Below are positions 44,644 through 52,811 of a stretch of DNA of 64,000 nucleotides, in pieces (positions within the stretch are counted from its first letter, which is position 1; each line of letters opens with the position of its first letter). Under the pieces are notes generated by a model. It was not told where the DNA came from, did not search any database, and saw only the letters and a list, made by a program, of their open reading frames with translations. The position numbers were made by a program, and so were the translations under genes. Source of the DNA: a virus (Duplodnaviria > Heunggongvirae > Uroviricota > Caudoviricetes); IMG/VR virus record IMGVR_UViG_3300042382_000594. One strand, given 5' to 3'.

Positions 44644-46026
44644 ATGGTAAAAGTTGTAGTTTTAAAACCGGAAGAGGTAACTCCAAGACCCGATTTGGTT
44701 GGTAAATGGCTTAATGAAAGTCATTATAGAATATTAGTTGAAGAAGATTTAGATGTATATCTTCCTCCAGATTGCGCAGATTTTACTGCCGAAGAAAACT
44801 GTGATAACAATATGGAATGTAATTCTTGTCATAAAGGGTTATCTGAAAAGAATATTGTATTTAAGTTTCGTAAAAATTTCTTTAATAAAGAAGAGGCTGA
44901 TGCAGCTTACGCGGGTTTACGTGATGCAGCTGTTGAAACTCAAAATCGCGGTATGGCTGGTGGACCAAGAACTGCTACATGCGCAGGAAGAGAATGGGTT
45001 ACTGATGAACAATTTGATTTATTAGAATTCTTTGCACATAAAAATTCGACTTCAGTATTCGGCGGATATACGCCAAAGGCAGATGTTGATTTAATACGAG
45101 CCAAGTATAAAAATCTTAAATCTGATGATAGTCGTGGTGTCGTCTGGTTGACTGAGCAAATTAGAGCTGAGAAATTTGTATTTAATGACTTTATCGATAA
45201 ATTATGCGCATTAACTATTGATGAAGCAAAAGCTGAAGCTCAACGAGTATTAGATAAATTGATTAGTAAAACGACTTATGCTAATGTCGTAAATTCTGGT
45301 ATTGCTGGTTGGTATGATAGATATCCTAGAATTCCTTTTGGTAGACCAACTACCTATACAAGAGATAATCTAGAAAAGTTTTCTAAGTCTTATCCATTCT
45401 TACAATCTTTAGCTAAAGGTTTTAAGGATATGTTGCCATGGCGTTATGGTAATCAAAAACGAGCTGCAGAATCAATTGATCAAAGATTTGTTGTACCAGA
45501 TACTCCATTTACGACAATTACAGTAAATAAAAACTTTCGAACCGCTGGCCATTACGATCCAGCTAATATGGAAGATGGATTCGCTAATCTTTGTGTTATG
45601 TCAAATAATGATCAATATGAAGGATGTTATTTAGTATTTCCGGAAATTGGTTATGCAGTTGATGTCAGACCTACTGATTTATTATTAGTAAATAATCAAG
45701 CTGGATTACATGGTAATACTGAATTAAAACTAAAAGATCCAGATGCAGAAAGAATTAGTATGATTGCGTTTTTCCATGAAGGTATGTTAACGCTTGGTAC
45801 TTATGATTACGAGAATACTCGCAGAGAATTTATTGATAGTCGTAGATTAAATCCCGATCATCCAGACCAAAGATACCGTTGGAATGGCATCACTCCTGGA
45901 TTATGGGAATCTGATGAGTGGATTGATTATTTGTTAGCTCAACCGCAAGGCAAAGGTTGGTTAGAATCCTATCACAAAGATTTGTATGACCGTAGATTCG
46001 GTAACAGTTTAGATAACTTTTTTTAA
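44644..46026 (+). CDS. 2-oxoglutarate/Fe(II)-dependent oxygenase with long N-terminal extension
   Basis: HYD (HxD), then LHGNT about 60 aa later, then ERIS (RxS): the classic 2OG-Fe(II)-oxygenase facial triad plus 2OG-binding Arg. Strong AGGAGA RBS. Confidence 0.55.
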   Translation: MVKVVVLKPEEVTPRPDLVGKWLNESHYRILVEEDLDVYLPPDCADFTAEENCDNNMECNSCHKGLSEKNIVFKFRKNFFNKEEADAAYAGLRDAAVETQNRGMAGGPRTATCAGREWVTDEQFDLLEFFAHKNSTSVFGGYTPKADVDLIRAKYKNLKSDDSRGVVWLTEQIRAEKFVFNDFIDKLCALTIDEAKAEAQRVLDKLISKTTYANVVNSGIAGWYDRYPRIPFGRPTTYTRDNLEKFSKSYPFLQSLAKGFKDMLPWRYGNQKRAAESIDQRFVVPDTPFTTITVNKNFRTAGHYDPANMEDGFANLCVMSNNDQYEGCYLVFPEIGYAVDVRPTDLLLVNNQAGLHGNTELKLKDPDAERISMIAFFHEGMLTLGTYDYENTRREFIDSRRLNPDHPDQRYRWNGITPGLWESDEWIDYLLAQPQGKGWLESYHKDLYDRRFGNSLDNFF

Positions 46027-46034
46027 GGTAGATT

Positions 46035-46844
46035 ATGAAATTGAATATTGCAATTCCTTCGTATAAACGATCTGATACGCTTAGAGATAAAACTTTAAGT
46101 GTATTGGAGAAATATAATGTAGATCCAAGTACAGTAACAATCTTTGTTGCTAATGATGCCGAAAAGACTGCATACGAAACATCATTAAAAGATAACATTT
46201 ATAACAAAAATATTGTTGTGGGTGTTGTTGGTATGGGACCAATTAGAAACTTTATTAGAAATTATTATGATGAGGGGGAATTTGTTGTAAATTTTGATGA
46301 TGATTTATCGAGTATTATGCGCAAAGCTCCTGCTGATGAAAAGAAAATGGAGCCAATTGAAGATATCCATAAAGAAGTATTTGAGCCAATGTATAATATT
46401 ATGCAGGAGAACGAAAATAAGCTCTGTGGTGTCTATGCAGCGTCGAATGCGTTTTTTATGAGTTATACCCCTAAGACTGGTTTATATTACTGCATTGGGT
46501 CGCTGTGGGGCTGCATTAACGATAAACATCAAGATCGTATGGTTCAATTATGCGATAAAGAAGATTTTGAGCGAACTCTTCAACATTATGTTCTTGATGG
46601 TTCAGTTTCGCGATTAGACAATATTACTGTTATATCCAAATATTATACTGAAGATGGAGGAATGCAAGTTGAACGAACTCTTGAACGTATTGATAAAAGT
46701 GCTGACGATTTAGTTCGTAGATTTCCAGATTTATGTACAAAATACGTCCGTGAAACTACAGGTCACGCTGAATTACGCTTACGGGATACTAGTGGAGGTA
46801 AATATCAAAAATCCACTTCTTTTGGTTTAGATAGTTTTTTCTAA
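46035..46844 (+). CDS. GT-A fold glycosyltransferase
   Basis: N-terminal IAIPSYKRSD and DxD-like NFDDDL. Start lies 9 nt after the oxygenase stop. Confidence 0.5.
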   Translation: MKLNIAIPSYKRSDTLRDKTLSVLEKYNVDPSTVTIFVANDAEKTAYETSLKDNIYNKNIVVGVVGMGPIRNFIRNYYDEGEFVVNFDDDLSSIMRKAPADEKKMEPIEDIHKEVFEPMYNIMQENENKLCGVYAASNAFFMSYTPKTGLYYCIGSLWGCINDKHQDRMVQLCDKEDFERTLQHYVLDGSVSRLDNITVISKYYTEDGGMQVERTLERIDKSADDLVRRFPDLCTKYVRETTGHAELRLRDTSGGKYQKSTSFGLDSFF

Positions 46845-46856
46845 ACTTCCAAATAG

Positions 46857-46883
46857 AAAAAGGGAGCCGAAGCTCCCTTTTTT
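46857..46883. terminator. bidirectional rho-independent terminator between the plus island and g23
   Basis: Hairpin gggagc-cgaa-gctccc flanked by A4 upstream and T6 downstream. Confidence 0.6.
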
Positions 46884-46908
46884 GTTTCATCCATGAAACA
46901 CAACTAAA

Positions 46909-48243
46909 TTACATCAAGTTTTTAACAGCAAAGATTCTGTAATAGTTGTTGCTACGTGGAGTAATCAAACCTTGACCTTGGGTTGTACCTTCAGCGAATG
47001 GATTTGCTACTAAACCGTAACGAGTTTTGAAGCCGATTTTTGGTTGGAAAGTACCTGGATCAACTGCACGAACCATTTGTAAAGGAACGTATGGGCAGTA
47101 GAATAAACCAGAGTCATAAGGACTTGTACCTTTATAACCAACTGTACATAATTCAACGTTTTGGTATGAACCACCAAAGTAAGGGTCGATATAAACTTTG
47201 ATACGACCATGTAACAAACCAGCATATGTATTACCAGTGTCATCAACTTGTAAATCAGCAGATAACGCAGGAGTATATTGTAATACACCAGCCATAGCTA
47301 GAGCAGAAGCAACGTCAGAAGAAACGATTAAAATGTTACCTTTTCCTCTACGAGTTGTTTTAGCGATTTGATTAGCTTCTCTTTCGATATGATAAATCAA
47401 ACCTTTAAATCTTTCAACTGACCAACGACCATTTGAGTCTGTATCTAAGTCGAATACGCCTGGAGTAACTGTACCGAATTGAGCACCAGCTTTAGCTACT
47501 GTATAGATTGTACGAATTACTTCGCGGTTCATCTCAGCAAGAATTTCTGTAGATAAAACGTTTGATAATTCAGTTTCAGCATCCAAACCATGGATTGCTT
47601 TCAAATCTTGAGCCATTTCTAAGCTGTATTCAGCTTTCAATGCACGAGTTCTAGCAGAAACAGTAACTTTTTCGATTGAAATTGACATTTCGCCGAATAC
47701 AGTACCAGCACCATCGCCTAATACTTCACCCATAGCAGTTGTCATTGCTTGCCCAGTATCAAAAGATGAATTTGCTAATGGACCAGAAGTTCCAACAGCT
47801 GAATTCGCTTGACCTGTAGTAGTTGAACCACCTGTGCCGATAATACCAGAGAAGATAGTATTAGCTTCGTTATAGAATGCTTCAGTACCGCCACCGTTAG
47901 GGAATGTACCGTTACCTTGAGCGCCATAACGTGAACGTAAAGCAAAGATTAATCCAGTAGGACCAGTCATTGGTTGAACGCCAGCTACGTCATAAGCAAT
48001 CAAGTTAGGTAAAGCACGACGTACTAAACTGATTAAAATTGGATCGAAGTTAGAAATACCACCAGTTGTATTAGTTGGTGTTCCTTCCATCAATGTTTCG
48101 CGATCTGAATCCATCGCTGCTTGTTGATTTTCCAATACAATTGCAGTAACTGCTTTTTTGTATGGGTCAGTAATTTTTGCTAATTCTGGATGATCCAGAA
48201 CTGGACTCCATTTATTTTGCAATTCTTCGTTTAATAAAGCCAT
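46909..48243 (-). CDS. 23: major capsid protein gp23
   Basis: VRRALPNLIAYDVAGVQPMTGPTGLIFALRSRYG aligns with T4 gp23 VRRAIPNLIAFDICGVQPMNSPTGQVFALRAVYG. 444 aa. Confidence 0.95.
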   Translation of the reverse strand: MALLNEELQNKWSPVLDHPELAKITDPYKKAVTAIVLENQQAAMDSDRETLMEGTPTNTTGGISNFDPILISLVRRALPNLIAYDVAGVQPMTGPTGLIFALRSRYGAQGNGTFPNGGGTEAFYNEANTIFSGIIGTGGSTTTGQANSAVGTSGPLANSSFDTGQAMTTAMGEVLGDGAGTVFGEMSISIEKVTVSARTRALKAEYSLEMAQDLKAIHGLDAETELSNVLSTEILAEMNREVIRTIYTVAKAGAQFGTVTPGVFDLDTDSNGRWSVERFKGLIYHIEREANQIAKTTRRGKGNILIVSSDVASALAMAGVLQYTPALSADLQVDDTGNTYAGLLHGRIKVYIDPYFGGSYQNVELCTVGYKGTSPYDSGLFYCPYVPLQMVRAVDPGTFQPKIGFKTRYGLVANPFAEGTTQGQGLITPRSNNYYRIFAVKNLM

Positions 48244-48270
48244 TTAGATAAACTCCTTAAATTTTTATTT

Positions 48271-49353
48271 TTATTTTAAAATTGTTTGTGAAATACGTGA
48301 AGCATAAGCAGCAATTGTTGGGTCAACTCTTTTTGCTGGTTTTATTTCTTCATTTAAGTCAATAACGTCATTTAAAGATTCGATAGAAGCGGGTTTAACA
48401 GTAGATACCGAGAAATAAGATTCTTTAATATCTTCCATTTGTGTAACAAAATCATTTTCGCTTACAAATTCTACGCTCTCTGCAATAGTTTTAATTTTTT
48501 CAGCTTGAGATAATGTTAATCCTTCACATACTGCGTGAAGAGCTTCAACTTTCTTTTGTTCTGACAATTTTTGTTTCAAGTTAATGTTTTTATTCATTTC
48601 TTCATTAACTTGTTTTTCTAATGCCTCTACTTTAGAAGCTAATTCTTCTACTACATCGAATTTTTCTTCAGGAATATCGATATAGTGTTCTTCGAATACG
48701 GTTTTCAAAGACTCAATAAAGCCTTCTGCAATTTCAGTTCTTAAGCCTGATTCAACTGCTAATTTGTTTTCTTCCATCCAAGATTCAGTAACGTAATCTA
48801 GATATTCATCAACTTTATCAGTAAAATCTTCTTTCATGTCTTCATAAGCTTCTTCGAATTGTGCAACATAATGCGCTTCTAATTCTTCAGCTAATTCGCC
48901 AACTTTAGATTTAACAGCAGCTTCAAAAATAGCAGATGCTTTACGTTTGAAACTTTCTGATAAGTTTTCGCCAGCCATTAATGCTGCGATATCTTCGTTT
49001 ACTTCTTCTTCATCTTCGTCTGGTTCGCCTTCTTCATTAACACCTTTTTTAGGATGAAGATTTACTTTTGTATCAACTTTAGAAGAAGCTTCAGCTGGTT
49101 GTGGAGCTAATTTTTTCATTGGTTCAGCGCCAACAGGTGGTGTTTGCCCTGGAGGAGTTGCAGATGGAGCTTCAACGCTCAATTTTTCCCAATCAGCATT
49201 TCCTACATCATGACCTGTTGTTTTATTAACTGTATCATGTAATTTTTCGCCTTCGCCAAATTTATCTTGTTTAGCGCCTTTGTCTTTTCTATTGCCGTTC
49301 AGAATATCCATTGCAGCTTCAGAAAGATTTAAATTTTTATCTTGTGACATCAA
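48271..49353 (-). CDS. 22: prohead scaffolding protein gp22
   Basis: Highly acidic coiled-coil protein between the g21 and g23 homologues. Confidence 0.65.
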   Translation of the reverse strand: MMSQDKNLNLSEAAMDILNGNRKDKGAKQDKFGEGEKLHDTVNKTTGHDVGNADWEKLSVEAPSATPPGQTPPVGAEPMKKLAPQPAEASSKVDTKVNLHPKKGVNEEGEPDEDEEEVNEDIAALMAGENLSESFKRKASAIFEAAVKSKVGELAEELEAHYVAQFEEAYEDMKEDFTDKVDEYLDYVTESWMEENKLAVESGLRTEIAEGFIESLKTVFEEHYIDIPEEKFDVVEELASKVEALEKQVNEEMNKNINLKQKLSEQKKVEALHAVCEGLTLSQAEKIKTIAESVEFVSENDFVTQMEDIKESYFSVSTVKPASIESLNDVIDLNEEIKPAKRVDPTIAAYASRISQTILK

Positions 49354-49381
49354 ATATCTCCTATTAGATTTTTATAATAAT

Positions 49382-49389
49382 TATTTATA
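49382..49389 (-). promoter_or_regulatory. T4-type late promoter TATAAATA (minus strand) for gene 22
   Basis: Plus strand reads tatttata, about 30 nt upstream of the g22 start. Confidence 0.45.
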
Positions 49390-49405
49390 TAAATTAAATT
49401 TTGTA

Positions 49406-50047
49406 TTAAAGTTTTCTTAAAAAGTTTTCGAAGATTTTAAGAGCCATCGGTTCAACTTCTTTAGCTGTAAGTTTTCTTAAAGTATCTCTTGATTCTTGTA
49501 AATATTGTTCAACCCAGCCTTTTCCTTCAACAAACATCCATTCCTTTCCTTCCATTAAACCTTCAACATAGCAATCTTTACCTGATGGGTCTAATACAAT
49601 ATCAACTGTTACTAAACGAAAATCTGGTTGGACATATTTAATACCATTAGATTCTTTAATAGAACCCAATCCTCTTGTTGATACGCCAAAATTTACGCCA
49701 GCATCAATAAAAGATTTTACGATGTTTCCATTAGGTGTATCTAAAACTTTAGCTTCACCGTAGCAACGGTGGTCATCAAAATCCAATTTAGTAATAAGGT
49801 GAGATACTTTATCTGGATTAATTTGTGGTCCTTCTGGGTGAGACAATTCACCTAAAGATCTACGGGTATCAATATAATCTCTTTTATATCTTGTTACTTC
49901 AGGTAGCATATGCTCTTTTACATAAACTCTGCCATTTCTATTTTGTTCATTACAATGAATGAAATAACCTTTAATAGTATGATTCTTTTTACCGTTAGTT
50001 TCTTCTACAAGAACTTCTGTTTCGGTAAACTCATTTAACAATTTCAT
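49406..50047 (-). CDS. 21: prohead protease gp21
   Basis: LGELSHP and STRGLGSI match T4 gp21 LGELNHP and SSRGLGSL. 213 aa versus 212 aa. Confidence 0.9.
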   Translation of the reverse strand: MKLLNEFTETEVLVEETNGKKNHTIKGYFIHCNEQNRNGRVYVKEHMLPEVTRYKRDYIDTRRSLGELSHPEGPQINPDKVSHLITKLDFDDHRCYGEAKVLDTPNGNIVKSFIDAGVNFGVSTRGLGSIKESNGIKYVQPDFRLVTVDIVLDPSGKDCYVEGLMEGKEWMFVEGKGWVEQYLQESRDTLRKLTAKEVEPMALKIFENFLRKL

Positions 50048-50063
50048 CGTTTGTTAACTCCTG

Positions 50064-50471
50064 TTATTGACCAGATTCTTCCGATAAATCTGTTGATTGT
50101 AATTGAGCAGCCTGTTCCAAAATTTCTAAGAAACTTTTATCTGAAACGTGTAATTGTTCTGCTAATTCTTCGTTTTTGCTAATAAAATCTAAAATTACAT
50201 CAGCGCATTCTTTATTTATATTTAACTCTGAAGAGTCATTAAAAATAACAACTCCAATATCATCATTTTCTGATATTTGAGTTAATTTTTCTAATACTGA
50301 TTCTGTTGTATTTGAAAATTGAGAACCATCTAATGGAACAGTAACAAATTGATCCAAATGTTCTGAGTGATAAAGAGCAACTTGTTGTCCATTAGGGAAT
50401 CTTTGAATATAAGTTCTTTTTAAGATTAAGATTTGCGGTAAATCTCTATGTATTTTTTTCTTATTAGTCAT
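50064..50471 (-). CDS. prohead core protein (gp67/gp68-like, by position)
   Basis: 135-aa acidic ORF between the portal and protease genes. Confidence 0.3.
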   Translation of the reverse strand: MTNKKKIHRDLPQILILKRTYIQRFPNGQQVALYHSEHLDQFVTVPLDGSQFSNTTESVLEKLTQISENDDIGVVIFNDSSELNINKECADVILDFISKNEELAEQLHVSDKSFLEILEQAAQLQSTDLSEESGQ

Positions 50472-52140
50472 AGTATGGGTTTTTTGAAGTTTTATCGGAT
50501 TGTTGTTTAGAGTTTGCTCTTCCTATAGATGGATCTTGGTCATTAGTATCTTGACTATTTGGTATTCCGTCTCCATCTGGATCAGCATTTGGATCTTGCC
50601 CATCATCGCCACCATCTCCTCCGCCTAAACCTGCCATTGGATCATTCATTAATTTTGGGTCTGGATATACTTGATCTTTAATTTCTTGTGCAATTTGTTT
50701 TTGCATTTCTTCAATTTCATCTTCATCCATTTTAAGAATATTTTTTTGGATCCATGCTTGAGAATAATAAACGCCTTTATATGGATCAACAACTGCCAAT
50801 AAATTTAATCTATTCTGTAATAATTCTGAATCTTTCATTTCAGCATAATTATTATCTCTAACAAATTCATAATCGAAATCTTGTTTGTATACATCAAACT
50901 CATCATCAGAGCAAATACCTTTTAATTGGCATTGAACTTTTAATGCTTGATCAAACACGTCAGTAAATTTATTTCTTAATCTTTGAATAAATTTATCAAA
51001 TTTAATTTCATCTCTGGATATTACTTGATTTGTACCAACATCAAATGCACTATCGGGTTGAACTAATCTAGAAAATGGAACATTAAGTGCTTTATATAAT
51101 TTTTTCTCGAAATATTCTACCATTGACATATCATCAAATGCAGCAGAAGATGGTAATGTAGTAATTTCTGTTGATTTATTATCAGAGCGTCTAGGTAACC
51201 AGAAATCATCCATCATAGAAAGGAATCTTCTATCATCTCTGATTTCACCTGTTGTAGCATCATAAACGACTTTATTTTTATATTTAGTCATAATATCTTT
51301 AAGATATTGTTCTGCCTTCATTTTAGGTAGATTACCGACATCAATATAAAAAATACGTCTTTCTGGAGCTCTTGATACTTTGTAAATTACGCTAGCATCT
51401 TCAATCATTCTTAGTTGATTTAGAGGTTTGATGCATTTATGTAAATTACTTAATATAATTGATCGTTTTGCGTCTAATAACCCTGATGTAACGCAAATCA
51501 TTGAATCTGGGGCAATTCTTAATCCGGAATTAGTTAAATTAGATTTTGTTGATATAGTATCAGAATAGATATAATATTCAACATAACCGGCGACAATATC
51601 GTATCCAGTAGTTTGATCTTTTACTTTTTTAATTTCGCGAATTTTTGTAATTTTTCGTGGATCTGTATATCTTAATTCTTGAATACCCGCATTTGGGTTT
51701 GCTTTATCAAGAATAATATTATAATACATTCTTCCATCAATATAATATCTTCTAAAAATATCTTGACCCAGTTGTTTAAAATTCAAAAGAGTCAAGATAT
51801 TATCAAATTCATCTTCAATAGCTTTTTTTATTTTTGGTGCAACTTTTAAATTATCTAATTTTAATTTTACAATAACACCATCTTCATTGATAATAGCTTC
51901 ATTAATAATATCATCAACTGCACTTTCTATCTCTGGCTGCATAGCCATTTCACGATATCTAGTGATTAATTCTACGTCATTTTTATAATTTGAATCTAAA
52001 TCAATAGTTGTGCCATAATGCGCTGCTGCAGTAATAGTTACTGCACCATCATCTAACACTGGTGCTGAAAAAGAAGGTAGCACTTCCTGTGCTGGTGTAT
52101 CTTTCCCTATTTTAAAACCGAATAATGAGAATTTAGCCAA
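50464..52140 (-). CDS. 20: portal vertex protein gp20
   Basis: 558 aa with Gly/Asp-rich C-terminus. Position between g19 and g21. Confidence 0.85.
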   Translation of the reverse strand: MAKFSLFGFKIGKDTPAQEVLPSFSAPVLDDGAVTITAAAHYGTTIDLDSNYKNDVELITRYREMAMQPEIESAVDDIINEAIINEDGVIVKLKLDNLKVAPKIKKAIEDEFDNILTLLNFKQLGQDIFRRYYIDGRMYYNIILDKANPNAGIQELRYTDPRKITKIREIKKVKDQTTGYDIVAGYVEYYIYSDTISTKSNLTNSGLRIAPDSMICVTSGLLDAKRSIILSNLHKCIKPLNQLRMIEDASVIYKVSRAPERRIFYIDVGNLPKMKAEQYLKDIMTKYKNKVVYDATTGEIRDDRRFLSMMDDFWLPRRSDNKSTEITTLPSSAAFDDMSMVEYFEKKLYKALNVPFSRLVQPDSAFDVGTNQVISRDEIKFDKFIQRLRNKFTDVFDQALKVQCQLKGICSDDEFDVYKQDFDYEFVRDNNYAEMKDSELLQNRLNLLAVVDPYKGVYYSQAWIQKNILKMDEDEIEEMQKQIAQEIKDQVYPDPKLMNDPMAGLGGGDGGDDGQDPNADPDGDGIPNSQDTNDQDPSIGRANSKQQSDKTSKNPYYD

Positions 52141-52182
52141 AATAAAATACCTTTTTAATAATTAATAGTATATTCTTATATA

Positions 52183-52722
52183 TTAGGTTACAGAATCTGA
52201 TTCCCAATATTGATAAGAGAACGTCACATTAAATTCTTCAATTCTATCGTTTGAACCCCAATCAACTTGAATAGGATCAACTGTATTAGGGAACATACCA
52301 ACAAATTTATATGCTTTAATTGGGGTTCCAATTTTACTATATTGTGTTACTGTAGCATCAGCGCAATATAATTGCGAATTAATTGCTCCAGCAGCACGAA
52401 CGTTTTGTGAATGACTGTTTAATTTATCTGACCATCTTTCGAACGCATTTCTTACGATAAAATCTTCATCATTAATAATCGTCAAACTCCAATCTGGGAA
52501 TTGTCTATCACCAGCAAATTTTACTTGACGACCAAAATAAAATTGTGTAGCAACACCCACGATTGATGGTGGTAATGATGTTGCATGAGCCATAAATGTT
52601 AATTTTTGAGATGCAATAGGTGAACTTGCAACTGTTGGAAATGTTAAAGACACTGAAAATAAATTAGGTCTCGCTCCATCACCAATCATTGCCGATCTAA
52701 ATTCTGCAATATTGAACGCCAT
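52183..52722 (-). CDS. 19: tail tube protein gp19
   Basis: ARPNLFSVSL, FAGDRQFPDWSLTIINDED and VDWGSNDRIEEFNVTFSYQYWE align with T4 gp19 (ARPNLFQVEI, VAGDRTFDDWTVTVMNDE, LDWDSNNEIQTFEVTLALDYWE). Confidence 0.9.
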   Translation of the reverse strand: MAFNIAEFRSAMIGDGARPNLFSVSLTFPTVASSPIASQKLTFMAHATSLPPSIVGVATQFYFGRQVKFAGDRQFPDWSLTIINDEDFIVRNAFERWSDKLNSHSQNVRAAGAINSQLYCADATVTQYSKIGTPIKAYKFVGMFPNTVDPIQVDWGSNDRIEEFNVTFSYQYWESDSVT

Positions 52723-52765
52723 GTTTGGATACTCCTTGTTAAAAAATCGTAATTATTCTTTTAAT

Positions 52766-52773
52766 TATTTATA
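52766..52773 (-). promoter_or_regulatory. T4-type late promoter TATAAATA (minus strand) for gene 19, adjacent to an intergenic hairpin
   Basis: Plus strand reads tatttata. A hairpin gagccagt...actggctc lies at 52775-52798. Confidence 0.45.
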
Positions 52774-52811
52774 TGAGCCAGTAACGAATCACTGGCTCAC
52801 AAGTTCATTAT

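Noticed and set aside
44505-45025. ORFs 44505..44705 (+) and 44753..45025 (+)
   Set aside because: The first overlaps the gene 3 start and the island promoter. The second is an alternate frame inside the oxygenase gene.
45890-46198. Minus-strand 102-aa ORF across the oxygenase/GT junction
   Set aside because: Antisense to two coupled plus-strand genes that have clear motifs and an RBS.
47010-47288. Minus-strand 92-aa ORF inside g23
   Set aside because: Alternate frame of the major capsid gene.
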